Below, piece by piece: positions 17,204 to 26,814 of a stretch of DNA of 46,015 nucleotides. Below the pieces are notes generated by a model, which ran no database searches, was not told the DNA's origin, and saw nothing but the letters and a program-made list of their open reading frames with translations. A program made the translations under genes and the position numbers. Each line of letters opens with the position of its first letter. The first letter of the stretch is position 1. Source of the stretch: a virus (Duplodnaviria; Caudoviricetes); the IMG/VR virus record IMGVR_UViG_3300037044_000012, positions 1 through 46,015 of that record. One strand, written 5' to 3'.

Positions 17204-18457
17204 ATGGCGCGCGTTCCTCTCGGTAAAGGCGCGTTCAACCGCACGTTCGGCCGACAAGCTGAAATCGTGTTGCTGAATCGTTTCTTCGAACAAAGTCCCG
17301 CGAACCAAACTGACGGTGTGAACTTGCTCAGCCGGCCGGGCTCGACGGAAGAAGCTGCGTTCGGCGACGGCCCTATTCGCAAACAGTTCACGCTGCCGGG
17401 CTTGCTCGAAGGCGACTTGTTCATCGTCAGCGGCGCAGCGTTCTATCGCTACGACATCGACGGAAACTCGCAGCTCGTCACTGGCGCGATTGCCACGCCC
17501 GGTACGCCCAGTATGACCGGCGCGAAGGGCGCGGGCTATCAGCGCGTGTTCATCGCTGACGGCACGTCGCTTCAATACTATGGCGGACAGGCTTACAGCG
17601 CCACGCTGACGCTCACGCCGGGCACGATCGCCGACGACACGGTGCGTGTTGACAGCACGTATTACAAATTCGCGGCGGACCCGACCACGGGCACGCCTGA
17701 CGGCTCTTCGGGCAATCCGTATCTTGTCGCCGTGGGCGGCAGCAATGCGAACGCACTGGCGAACTTGCGCAAGGCGATCAACGCGACTGGCGTCGGCGGC
17801 ACTGACTACAGCGTCGAAATTACGGAGCCTAACGAGCGCGTCACGGCGAACGCAAACACTTCGACCACGATGAGCGTACGTGGCGTCGTGCCCGGCCCGC
17901 TTGATCCTATCGCCCCAGTGAGCGTGTCGGCCTCTGGCGGCGCTGACGGCCTTGCGTGGGACGTTGCCCAGCTCACGGCCGGCGCACACGTTCTGTACGG
18001 CATTCCGACGCCCGACGACGTTGGTATCGTCAGCGTTGCCGAACTGGGCAGCTTCATTCTGTGCGTGCAAGCGAACAGCGACCGCGTTTACTTCATCCGC
18101 CCCGGCGAGACGACGATCGACCCGCTCGACTTCTTCACGGCTGAAAGCGAAGCAGACAGTCTGCTCGAAGCGATCAAAGTCGGCGACCAAGTTTGGCTGA
18201 TCGGCGAAACGAGCATCGAGCCTTGGTATCTCAACGGCTCGACTGATCCGCTCGCGAACCCGCTCTCGAAGATGCAGGGCCGTCCCTTCAGCATTGGCGC
18301 TATCGAAGGCACGATTGTAAAGCTGGCGAATAGCATCTTTCTTGTCGGCAACGATCAAGTCGCGTATCGCATCGAAGGCGGGCCGCAGCCAATTTCAAAC
18401 CCCGGCATTGCAGAGCGCATCCGCAAAGCGCTCAAGGCGGAAAAGGACAGCGCATGA
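17204..18457 (+). CDS. tail hub / DNA stabilisation protein (P22 gp10-like), N-terminal part with an inserted domain
   Basis: LLSRPG, FFTAESEAD, GETSIEPWY, IFLVGND.VAYR and ISNPGI match the N-terminal two-thirds of gp10-like proteins. Confidence 0.75.
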   Translation: MARVPLGKGAFNRTFGRQAEIVLLNRFFEQSPANQTDGVNLLSRPGSTEEAAFGDGPIRKQFTLPGLLEGDLFIVSGAAFYRYDIDGNSQLVTGAIATPGTPSMTGAKGAGYQRVFIADGTSLQYYGGQAYSATLTLTPGTIADDTVRVDSTYYKFAADPTTGTPDGSSGNPYLVAVGGSNANALANLRKAINATGVGGTDYSVEITEPNERVTANANTSTTMSVRGVVPGPLDPIAPVSVSASGGADGLAWDVAQLTAGAHVLYGIPTPDDVGIVSVAELGSFILCVQANSDRVYFIRPGETTIDPLDFFTAESEADSLLEAIKVGDQVWLIGETSIEPWYLNGSTDPLANPLSKMQGRPFSIGAIEGTIVKLANSIFLVGNDQVAYRIEGGPQPISNPGIAERIRKALKAEKDSA

Positions 18458-20604
18458 CGATCGTATTTCAAGACAGCTTCGACCACTACGGCGATGGCTC
18501 TCTCGGCGTGACGCGCATGAAAGAGGGTCCGAACTCGCCCGGCGTCGGCAGCTGGGTTGCTTCGGTAAGCTGCGACATTTCGGAATCGCCGACTGGCGCG
18601 GGGCGCACAGGCCCTTACGCGCTCGAACTCACTCGCGGAAACTCGGGCGGCGTGCGCGGCGCGCTACCTGACACGTATCCCGAAGTGTATGTCCACTTGG
18701 CATACTACGCGATTGACTTGCCGAACACGGACAGCTCTGACGCAATCTTCGTGGCGAAGAGCGCCGCGAACGCGCGCATTGGATCGGTGTTCGTCACGAG
18801 CAGCGGCGCTATCCGCGTGCTGAACAGTGCTGCGGCGGAAATCGCGAACACTGGCGCTCCCGTCGTCGCGGCCGGTGGCTGGCATCAAATCGCCATTCGC
18901 TTCAAGATCGGCGCGGGCACTGGCGAAGTCGAAGTCAAAGTCAACAACGTCGGCGTGCTCGATGTCGACACGCTCTCACTCGGCGCGACCGAAATCGGCC
19001 AATGGGAAGTTTACGGCGCAACCAACCCGATCACGCAAGGCTACTGGGTTGACGATTACGTCATCAGCTTCGACGACAGCGCGACGCCGGGCACTCACAA
19101 TAACGGCTTTCTCGGCAGCGGCGTTCGCGTCGCTACATTGCGCCCGCGTCTCGACGACGAAACGGGCTGGACTGCGAACCGCCGCTACAAGAACGGCACT
19201 GGCGTAGGCCGTTGCGTCGACGGCAATGACGCGTTTACGTGCGCCGACAACGTGCAGTTCGAACTGGGCGCTAGCGACTACACTATGGAAGGCTTCTTCA
19301 AGTTCACGTCGCTTCCGTCAGCGGCGAACTTGTCGCAGCTCTTCGGCAAGTATCGCGAGAGCACGAACGAACGCAGCTATTCGCTGTACTATCAAGACAG
19401 CGAGCTTCTGTTTGACGTGGCGACTGACGGCACGGTTGGCACGCTCTCGACGCTCGTGCGCGGCGCGTTCAGCCCGATTCCCGAACACTACTACCACGTG
19501 TGCATTCAGCGTGCGTCGAGCGTCACGACGCTGTTCGTCGACGGCGTTCCTATCGCAGCGCCCGTCGCCGATGCGAACACCTATCACGACAATACGTCGC
19601 TGTTCGCGCTCGGCGGTCGACAAAACGGAGCTACTAGCATCCTTTCAAACACGTCGTTCTTCGGCTTCATGGACGAAGTTCGCGTGACCAAAGGCGTTGC
19701 GCGCTACAACACGACCGGCTTCGCTGTGCCGTCTGTGCCGCTCGGCCGCAATGTCGGCGACGACACTGACTTCGCCAGTGTTTCGCTTCTGCTCGGCTTC
19801 GACGCCGGCATCATTGACGAAAGCTCGTTTGCGCGCGCAGTCACTGCTCGCGGCGACGCTGTGCGATACGCCGTCGATGACGCGCCGACTTCACAGTATC
19901 CGACTGTCAACAACGATCCTCCGATCGACGACACAGGCATCGAAGCGCCGTTTATCGCGGCGTCTTCTGTGCTCACGTTCACGGGCCAGCCCAGCAACGG
20001 CAATACGGTCACGGTCGACGACAATGTGTACACGTTTAACACCGTGCTCGGCGGCGCTGGTAGCGTGCTGATCGGCGCGAGCGTTAGCGCCTCGATTGAC
20101 AACCTTGTCGCGGCGATCAACGGCGACGCTGGCGAAGGTACGACTTACGGCACGGGCACTGTTCCTAGTGACGAAGCGACGGCGCAGAATATCGACAACG
20201 ACCAAATGTTCGTCTTCGCGAACACGCCCGGCGCGGCTGGTAACGCGATCGACATTGCAGAGAGCGGCAGCACTATGTCGTGGGCGCTCGGCGCTACTGC
20301 GCTCTCGGGCGGTCTCGATATTCCGACGCCTTCTTCGTTCTTCGTAACGCGCTTGCCGGCGCAGACTACGGGCGTTCGCGCCGTCGCGCTTTATGCGCGC
20401 GCTCGCAAGACTGACGTGGGCGACGGCAAAATTCAAATGTCGTTCGTTACGGCCGATGACAGCTCGGCGAACGGCACTGAGCACGAGCTGACTACTAACT
20501 ATGCGTGGATTGCCGACATTATCGAAGAAGACCCTTCGACGACGGCGGCGCTCACGCCTGCATCGTTCACTGGCGCACGTATTCGCGTTGACCGTACGGA
20601 GTAA
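18454..20604 (+). CDS. tail protein with concanavalin A/LamG-like domains
   Basis: GGWHQIAIRF...VDDYVI and DYTMEGFF...YHVCIQR...LFVDG...FFGFMDEVRVTKGVARY LamG signatures. Confidence 0.8.
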   Translation: MTIVFQDSFDHYGDGSLGVTRMKEGPNSPGVGSWVASVSCDISESPTGAGRTGPYALELTRGNSGGVRGALPDTYPEVYVHLAYYAIDLPNTDSSDAIFVAKSAANARIGSVFVTSSGAIRVLNSAAAEIANTGAPVVAAGGWHQIAIRFKIGAGTGEVEVKVNNVGVLDVDTLSLGATEIGQWEVYGATNPITQGYWVDDYVISFDDSATPGTHNNGFLGSGVRVATLRPRLDDETGWTANRRYKNGTGVGRCVDGNDAFTCADNVQFELGASDYTMEGFFKFTSLPSAANLSQLFGKYRESTNERSYSLYYQDSELLFDVATDGTVGTLSTLVRGAFSPIPEHYYHVCIQRASSVTTLFVDGVPIAAPVADANTYHDNTSLFALGGRQNGATSILSNTSFFGFMDEVRVTKGVARYNTTGFAVPSVPLGRNVGDDTDFASVSLLLGFDAGIIDESSFARAVTARGDAVRYAVDDAPTSQYPTVNNDPPIDDTGIEAPFIAASSVLTFTGQPSNGNTVTVDDNVYTFNTVLGGAGSVLIGASVSASIDNLVAAINGDAGEGTTYGTGTVPSDEATAQNIDNDQMFVFANTPGAAGNAIDIAESGSTMSWALGATALSGGLDIPTPSSFFVTRLPAQTTGVRAVALYARARKTDVGDGKIQMSFVTADDSSANGTEHELTTNYAWIADIIEEDPSTTAALTPASFTGARIRVDRTE

Positions 20605-20607
20605 CCC

Positions 20608-21408
20608 GTGGCTGCTCCGTACGGCACAGCAGGCGGGCTTGTCGTTCTTGTCACCAAGGACGGCCTGCCTGTAACACGCGTCAGCGAGTTTTATGCGCTT
20701 GCTGTTACGGGACAGCCACGCGTCGAGTACACTCCTGTCAGCGAGCTTGTTATTCTCGCGACTATTGAGAAGGCAAAGGTTGTGACGCACGTTTCTGAAT
20801 TTGTCGCCCTAGTGACCTACACTTCGGAAGCGACGGAGCGTTTTGACAACCGCTCATGGGGCTTCACGCTCGATCAGCACGCGTTCTATGTGCTGCACTT
20901 GGGCTCGGAAGGCACGTTCGTTTATGACGCGCTGACGACGGAATGGTCGCAGTGGAAGACTGAAGGCTTCGTTTCGTGGAACGCAGAGAACGGCGTCACT
21001 TGGAACGACGAAATTTACTTCGGCGGCGCTGAAGACAACGTGCTCTGGCGCATGGTCCCCACGAGCTTCCTTGACGAAGACTTCCGCACTATCAAACGCG
21101 TCGTAACGGGCGGCATTCCGGCCGAGGCGCGCGACACGTTGCGCACTGGTATGTTCGTGCTCAGCGCGACCAATCAAGGCACGCTCGATGACGAAAGCAC
21201 GCCTTACGTGCAGCTCAGCATCAGCGACGACGGCGGCAATACCTTCACTGATCGAGAAGCGCTCACGCTCGACGGTAGCGCAACGCAAGACTTTTCGTGG
21301 CGCGGGCTCGGCACGATCCGCGCGCCCGGCCGCGTGTTCAAGATCACTGACGAAGGCGGCTTCGTGACGATCAAGGGCGCGGATCAGAAGATCGCGGGCG
21401 AAGAGTAA
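20608..21408 (+). CDS. tail hub (P22 gp10-like), C-terminal part
   Basis: HAFYVL, TFVYDALTTEW, LSISDDGGNTF, WRGLG and RVFKI match the C-terminal third of gp10-like proteins. Confidence 0.7.
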   Translation: MAAPYGTAGGLVVLVTKDGLPVTRVSEFYALAVTGQPRVEYTPVSELVILATIEKAKVVTHVSEFVALVTYTSEATERFDNRSWGFTLDQHAFYVLHLGSEGTFVYDALTTEWSQWKTEGFVSWNAENGVTWNDEIYFGGAEDNVLWRMVPTSFLDEDFRTIKRVVTGGIPAEARDTLRTGMFVLSATNQGTLDDESTPYVQLSISDDGGNTFTDREALTLDGSATQDFSWRGLGTIRAPGRVFKITDEGGFVTIKGADQKIAGEE

Positions 21409-22349
21409 TGCCTAAGCCCGTAATCGACCCGCTTCAGTGGAATACGCCGATTGTCGACCCGCGCACGGGTTTCCCTTCGGAATGGTTCATGCGCCAGTTC
21501 TCGGTGCAGCGCGGCAACTCGTCTGAACTCGGGGCCGTGTTTGGAATCACGCTGATTGCCGGCGCGGGCTTGACGGGCGGCGGCACGCTCGGCGACTTGG
21601 CCGACATCACGTTCACGCTCGACCTTGAAGTCGTGCGCGACACTGTTGCGACGTTCATCGACGACAGCGCTGACATTGAGTGGACGCACGTCGACGGAAG
21701 CGATTCGTTGACGGCGGAGCTGACTACAACGGGCATCACGCCCGGCGCATACACAAATGTCGACATCACTGTTGACGACAAAGGGCGCATCACGGCCATT
21801 GCGAACGGCTCGGGTGGCGGCGGTGGCGGCGGGTTTGCGTCGGGCGCTACGGGCATTCTGAACACAGCCTCGACATCGGCGAACGCGTCTAAGGGTATGC
21901 AGTTTACGCCCGATCGCGACATGGAAGTCGAAGCCATTGTCGCGTTCATCGACGCGGCTGCGGCGAGCGAGAATCACGACGCGTCTGTGTATTCGCTCGA
22001 CGGCTCTAACCTTATCGTTGCGCTTATTGGAACGTCGTCAGTCGTCGCCACGGGTGGCACGAACATGACTGCGTATCGCTTTGTGTTTTCGTCTCCGCTG
22101 GCGCTTACTGGCGGCACTAGCTACGTGTTCGTTATCCGCAACTCGTCAGGCACGGGTACGACGGTACTGCGTCTCGGGGCCAACGGCGGCGGCGCAGTTA
22201 ACCAGTGGCGATTTAATGCGCCGGGCTCGCACAATCGCGCTTGCGCGTATATCTACAATCTGAATAGTATTCTGACTGCGGGACAGGCTGTGACGACGGC
22301 CGCGAGCAACGACGATAGTTTCTGCCTCTATCCAGAAGTGTCTTTCTGA
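21408..22349 (+). CDS. tail fibre/needle-like protein
   Basis: PIVDPRTG N-terminus, AGAGLTGGG and GITPGAYTNVDITVDDKGRIT fibre repeats, beta-rich tip. Confidence 0.7.
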   Translation: MPKPVIDPLQWNTPIVDPRTGFPSEWFMRQFSVQRGNSSELGAVFGITLIAGAGLTGGGTLGDLADITFTLDLEVVRDTVATFIDDSADIEWTHVDGSDSLTAELTTTGITPGAYTNVDITVDDKGRITAIANGSGGGGGGGFASGATGILNTASTSANASKGMQFTPDRDMEVEAIVAFIDAAAASENHDASVYSLDGSNLIVALIGTSSVVATGGTNMTAYRFVFSSPLALTGGTSYVFVIRNSSGTGTTVLRLGANGGGAVNQWRFNAPGSHNRACAYIYNLNSILTAGQAVTTAASNDDSFCLYPEVSF

Positions 22350-22819
22350 TGCGCGTGATTGACGTAACGCTGAATGAGTTCAACGAAATTGCCAACGATC
22401 CAGAAGTGCTCGCGGCAATAAATCCGTTCGTCGACCGCATTGACTTGGCGTGGGCGTACCAGCAGCCCGGTACGTGGTGTAAAGGCGTCGACGGCGTGCG
22501 CGGCTGTGCGCTGATTATCCCGTGGCCCGACAACGCTCGCGAAATACACTGGTTCTTCCCCGGCTACGGTGGAATGCGCGCCATCAGGACGATTGTCGAC
22601 TGGGTGTTTGAGAACACGAACACGGACATTTTGTTCGGCAACACGCCCAAGCAAAACCTCGGCGCGCGCATCGTAAATCGTTGGCTCGGCGGCAAAATCG
22701 TCGGCGAGTTGGTCGACGATCACGGACGCCCCGCCGTGACGTTCTCGCTGGCGCGGGAAGAGTGGGCGAACCACAAAAAGCCGGTCAACTTGACCGATAA
22801 GCGCGCTCTGCTAATATAG
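22349..22819 (+). CDS. GNAT-fold protein typical of podophage tail/ejection clusters
   Basis: EIHW..., GNTPKQNLGARIVNRWLGG GNAT-like motif; synteny before the ejection genes. Confidence 0.6.
   Translation: MRVIDVTLNEFNEIANDPEVLAAINPFVDRIDLAWAYQQPGTWCKGVDGVRGCALIIPWPDNAREIHWFFPGYGGMRAIRTIVDWVFENTNTDILFGNTPKQNLGARIVNRWLGGKIVGELVDDHGRPAVTFSLAREEWANHKKPVNLTDKRALLI
22790..22817 (+). promoter_or_regulatory. putative promoter for ejection genes
   Basis: TTGACC, 16 bp, (GC)TAATAT. Confidence 0.5.
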
Positions 22820-22908
22820 GGCCTTCGACGTTAAATCGTCGCTGCCAATACGGCTCGGTAACGCCCCACGAGAGCGGGCCTAAAAATCGAGACTTCAAGT
22901 GCAGCGTA

Positions 22909-23346
22909 ATGAGTTTTGGCGGCGGTAAATCTAAATCGTCATCTAGCAACAAGGCGTTCGACTTCCTCAAGGGAGCGTACGGCGGGCAAATCAACACGGG
23001 CGTCGGCGCGTCGAACGCGCTCGCCGGTCTGCTCGGCGTCGGCGGCGATCCTGCTGCGTCGCAAGGTGCGTTCCAGAATTATCTGAACAGCGCGGGCTAC
23101 AAGTTCCAGCTCGGCGAAGGGCAGAACGCGATTGCGTCGAGCAACGCGGCAAGCGGCTTGCTGAACAGCGGCTCGGCGCTGAAGCGCCTCACGTCGTACG
23201 GCCAAGGCCTCGCGTCGAACTACCTGCAACAATACATGGCGCAGCTCGGCGGCTTGTCGCAGCAAGGGCTCGGCGCTGGTTCGCTGATCGGCCAAGCTGG
23301 GCAGACTTCGAACAGTTCGTCCAAACAGTTCAACTTCGGTTTCTAA
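22909..23346 (+). CDS. DNA ejection/transfer protein (P22 gp7-like)
   Basis: GYKFQLGEGQ and AASGLLNSGSALKRL..YGQ motifs typical of this class. Confidence 0.75.
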   Translation: MSFGGGKSKSSSSNKAFDFLKGAYGGQINTGVGASNALAGLLGVGGDPAASQGAFQNYLNSAGYKFQLGEGQNAIASSNAASGLLNSGSALKRLTSYGQGLASNYLQQYMAQLGGLSQQGLGAGSLIGQAGQTSNSSSKQFNFGF

Positions 23347-23356
23347 GGGGGATTAG

Positions 23357-24550
23357 ATGCCGCGTAATTGGCTCAACATTTTCACAGCGGTTCGCAATGC
23401 CAACCAGTTCGAAGCGAATCAGGAACAGCAGGTTGTCGAGAATAAGCGCGCTGATGCGCAGCTCGGCTTCCAACAAGCTGACGAAGCGCGCGAAGCGACC
23501 GACTGGGACACCGAACGTTCCACGCGCACTACGCTTGGCGCGCTCGGCGCGTTTACGAACATGGCCGACAGTATCGCGAACGATACTTCGATCGCAGAAG
23601 AAATGCGCCCGCAAGCGTATGCTCAGGCGTTCGACCGCATTGCGCCGGCACTGCAAGCGAGCGGCTTCGATCCGCAGCAAGTCGACGGATTGCGCGCCCA
23701 GCTTCTTGAGAACCCCGCACAGGCCAGCGACCTTCTAGCTGGCCTCGAAGCCTTGCGCCCCGGTGGCGGCGGCTCAGCGCCTTCTCTGGCCGCTGCGTTC
23801 GGCCCTAATGGCGAACCCGTGTTCATCAACCAACGCACCGGGCGACCGGCTGCACGCGGCTACGCGCCGGCTACGGCCGTTCTCGGCTCAGAGCGCGTCG
23901 AGATTTCGCGCCGCAACGCGGATACGTCTTTCGGCAATCTCGAACAGCGCCGGCTCACGAACGATCCGAACCACGTGTTCGACGTTAGCTCGGCGCGCTC
24001 CGAAGGCCGTGTCGCTGGCGAGAGCGCCGCGCGTGAGCCTGAAGCGGTCGCGGCCGGTAACGAAGTCGTTCGCCGCATCGACGGCATTCTCAACACGCCT
24101 CCCGAAGAGCTGGGCGACGTTCTCGGTATGCCGTCACTTGGCGGCGCGCTTCGCGGCGGCTACGGCCAATACGGCGCGTGGCCGGGCAGCGAGCGTGCGA
24201 ACATTCAGTCCGACATCGTTGCGCTTAGCTCGTCTCTGCGCAGCGCGGCTTATCAGCTCGTGCTGAAAGGCGGCGGTCAAATTACGGAAGCGGAAAGCGC
24301 GTTCGCCGCAGAAGCATTCGTGAACCTGCAACGTTCGCAATCGCCGGCACAGTTCCGCGAGAACTTGGTGACGGCGCGCTCTTACTTCCAAGGTCTCATT
24401 CAGCGCTATCAGGACTCGGCCGCGCCGACGCGCAACCCGAATCGCAGCGATAGCGGCCGTGCGCCGGCTGCCGCCGCTCCTGCGGCTGGCGCAGCTCCAG
24501 CAGCCCCTACAATCAACGTGGATGAATTTCTGCGCGAACGGGGCATGTAA
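23357..24550 (+). CDS. internal virion/ejection protein
   Basis: 397 aa Ala-rich; LKGGGQITEAE motif; synteny. Confidence 0.65.
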   Translation: MPRNWLNIFTAVRNANQFEANQEQQVVENKRADAQLGFQQADEAREATDWDTERSTRTTLGALGAFTNMADSIANDTSIAEEMRPQAYAQAFDRIAPALQASGFDPQQVDGLRAQLLENPAQASDLLAGLEALRPGGGGSAPSLAAAFGPNGEPVFINQRTGRPAARGYAPATAVLGSERVEISRRNADTSFGNLEQRRLTNDPNHVFDVSSARSEGRVAGESAAREPEAVAAGNEVVRRIDGILNTPPEELGDVLGMPSLGGALRGGYGQYGAWPGSERANIQSDIVALSSSLRSAAYQLVLKGGGQITEAESAFAAEAFVNLQRSQSPAQFRENLVTARSYFQGLIQRYQDSAAPTRNPNRSDSGRAPAAAAPAAGAAPAAPTINVDEFLRERGM

Positions 24551-26802
24551 TGGCCGAACTCGACGACGTTCGAGCGCAGATCGCTCAAGCAGCGCAGGAA
24601 GGCAACGAAACCGCCGTTGCTCAGCTCAGCGAGCGTTATCGCGACCTGCAAGCTCAGGCCGGCGAACTGCAACCTGTTGGGCGCGGCTTCGTCGCGCAAA
24701 CTGGCCGCGAATATCAGCTCGCTAATCGCGCGCTCGAAATGCGCCGTGCTGGCCGTGAAGACGAAGCGACGCAGCTTATCCGCGTCATCAGCCGCGAGCG
24801 CGTAGCTCGAAATATCACGCGCGGCGGGCGCGGCCGTGGCGAAGCGGCTCTGTTCGGTGCTAACCGTGGCATCTTCAATCTCGGCACGCTCGCCACTGGC
24901 GCGGGCGAACTTGTCGAAGATACGCTTGGCGGAAATCGCAACCGCGTCACTTCGCGCGAGCGCATGGAAGACTACAGCGCCGTTCAAGACGCCGTGCGCG
25001 AACGTCACCCTGTCTCCGCTGGTATCGGCGAAGTCGGCGGGACTATTGTCTCAGCCGTCGCGACGCCGGGCGGTGTAGCTACCCAGGGCGCAACACGTGG
25101 CGGTCGCGTCGTCCGTGCAGCAGCCACAGGCGCAGTCGAAGGCGGCATTCAAGGCGGCTCTGACGCGTTTGTGCGCGGTCAAGACGTGGTTGAAGGCGCA
25201 ACGCGTGGTGCGCAAACTGGCGCAGTTGTCGGTGGCAGTCTTAGCGTTCTCGGCCAAGCTATCGCGCCGGTCATTCGCGCGGCCGGTAATCGTCTTGCTG
25301 ACAACCAAGGCTTGCGTCTGCTCGCGGAGCACGTGAACCCGCAACAGCTAAACGCGATCGTTGCTGCAACGCGTCAGTTTCAGCGCCAGTTCAACCGTAT
25401 CCCGACGCTCGCAGAAGCTGCCGGTATGGTCGACAGTACGATCGCGCGCGAAGCGGGCCAAATTGTCGAAGCGCGTGTGCCAGCATCAGCCGTGGCGCAA
25501 CAAGGCGCGGCGCGCGTTCGCGTGCAAGCTCAGCGCGACCTTGCTGAATCCGTGATGCCCAATAGCTCCGGTGCGCCGGGCGCTCGCAGCTCTGAAGGCG
25601 GCAGCAACCCGATTACGTCGGAAGCGACGAACCGCGCCATGCGCGCGATTGCGAACTCTGGCGCGGTGGCGCGTCAAGGCAATCCGCTTCACACCTTCCT
25701 TACGTCACCCGACGTTGCCAACGCCATTCGCGGTATGCCGCCGTCTATTCGTGCGGCGTTCGACGACGCGCTCACTGTGAACGCGAACGGCGCTGTGCGC
25801 CCTGTGACTGTACGTATGCTTGACGATCTTCGTCAGGAAATGGGCAACCTTGCCGCCAATAGCGGCGCAAACCGTGCGTGGACCGAAGTAGCCAACGAAG
25901 CGCGCCGGTTCGCCGACGAAATTTCGAATAACGCGTACTCGCGCGCTACTCGACAACATGGACAGAATGCTCTCCGCGAGGAAATCGCAAACGAAGCGCT
26001 GCGGTCCCCCGCTGCCGCGCAACGCGTTGCTGGCGACCTTGCGGAGAGCGCCCAGCGGGCGCGCGACTTGTCGGCCAACCTTGGCCCGGCAGAGGCGACG
26101 CGTATTCGCAACGCGGGCGCAACAGTTCAGCGCGCTCTTCGCGGCGTTGACGAGTTCGAGCCACGCAACGCCATTTCTCGCGGCGAAGAAGCTGCGAACA
26201 ATGTCGGCGAAGCGGCTCGTGGCGCACTGCTGCCGAAAACGGGCGGCGCTGGTATCGCTGCCTTCATCGCTCGAAACGTGCGCCGGCTTGGCATTACGCC
26301 TGCTGAAGCCGAACGCTTTGCGCGTGACTTCACGGACCCGTCTCAAACGCGCCGCGCTATCGCGTTTCTGCAACAGCGCATCGGCCAAGGCCCTGCGACG
26401 AACTTCATGGCTATGCTCGAACGTGCCGGCGTTCGCCCGACAGTCGAACGCACTGCTCGCGTTGGCGCGCGCTTGGCGTCGCAAGGCCCGAATACGGAAG
26501 TGCGCGGCACGCAGGAATTGCTCGGCAACGAACAAGCGCCGGCCGAAGAGCCTGCTGCGGAAGCTGAACAGACTTCGTTCGATCCTGCGAGCGTTCAACT
26601 GTCCACAGAGGCGCAAGGCATTCTCGACCAAGCGGCCGAACTCGAAGAGCGCGACCCCGAAGCGGCTGGCGAACTGTACGACGTGGGCAACCGCCTCGCA
26701 GAGCTTGAGCGTCAAATGATCCAAGCCGCGCAAGCGGGGGACGAAGAAACTGCAACCATGTTGGCGCAACAACGTCGCGCCATCCTAAACAACGAAATGT
26801 AA
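24550..26802 (+). CDS. large internal virion/ejection protein
   Basis: 750 aa Ala/Arg-rich helical protein with a G/A-rich membrane-like segment; similar AAQ(E/A)G(N/D)E..A..L motif at both termini. Confidence 0.65.
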   Translation: MAELDDVRAQIAQAAQEGNETAVAQLSERYRDLQAQAGELQPVGRGFVAQTGREYQLANRALEMRRAGREDEATQLIRVISRERVARNITRGGRGRGEAALFGANRGIFNLGTLATGAGELVEDTLGGNRNRVTSRERMEDYSAVQDAVRERHPVSAGIGEVGGTIVSAVATPGGVATQGATRGGRVVRAAATGAVEGGIQGGSDAFVRGQDVVEGATRGAQTGAVVGGSLSVLGQAIAPVIRAAGNRLADNQGLRLLAEHVNPQQLNAIVAATRQFQRQFNRIPTLAEAAGMVDSTIAREAGQIVEARVPASAVAQQGAARVRVQAQRDLAESVMPNSSGAPGARSSEGGSNPITSEATNRAMRAIANSGAVARQGNPLHTFLTSPDVANAIRGMPPSIRAAFDDALTVNANGAVRPVTVRMLDDLRQEMGNLAANSGANRAWTEVANEARRFADEISNNAYSRATRQHGQNALREEIANEALRSPAAAQRVAGDLAESAQRARDLSANLGPAEATRIRNAGATVQRALRGVDEFEPRNAISRGEEAANNVGEAARGALLPKTGGAGIAAFIARNVRRLGITPAEAERFARDFTDPSQTRRAIAFLQQRIGQGPATNFMAMLERAGVRPTVERTARVGARLASQGPNTEVRGTQELLGNEQAPAEEPAAEAEQTSFDPASVQLSTEAQGILDQAAELEERDPEAAGELYDVGNRLAELERQMIQAAQAGDEETATMLAQQRRAILNNEM

Positions 26803-26814
26803 TTACGTGCTACC

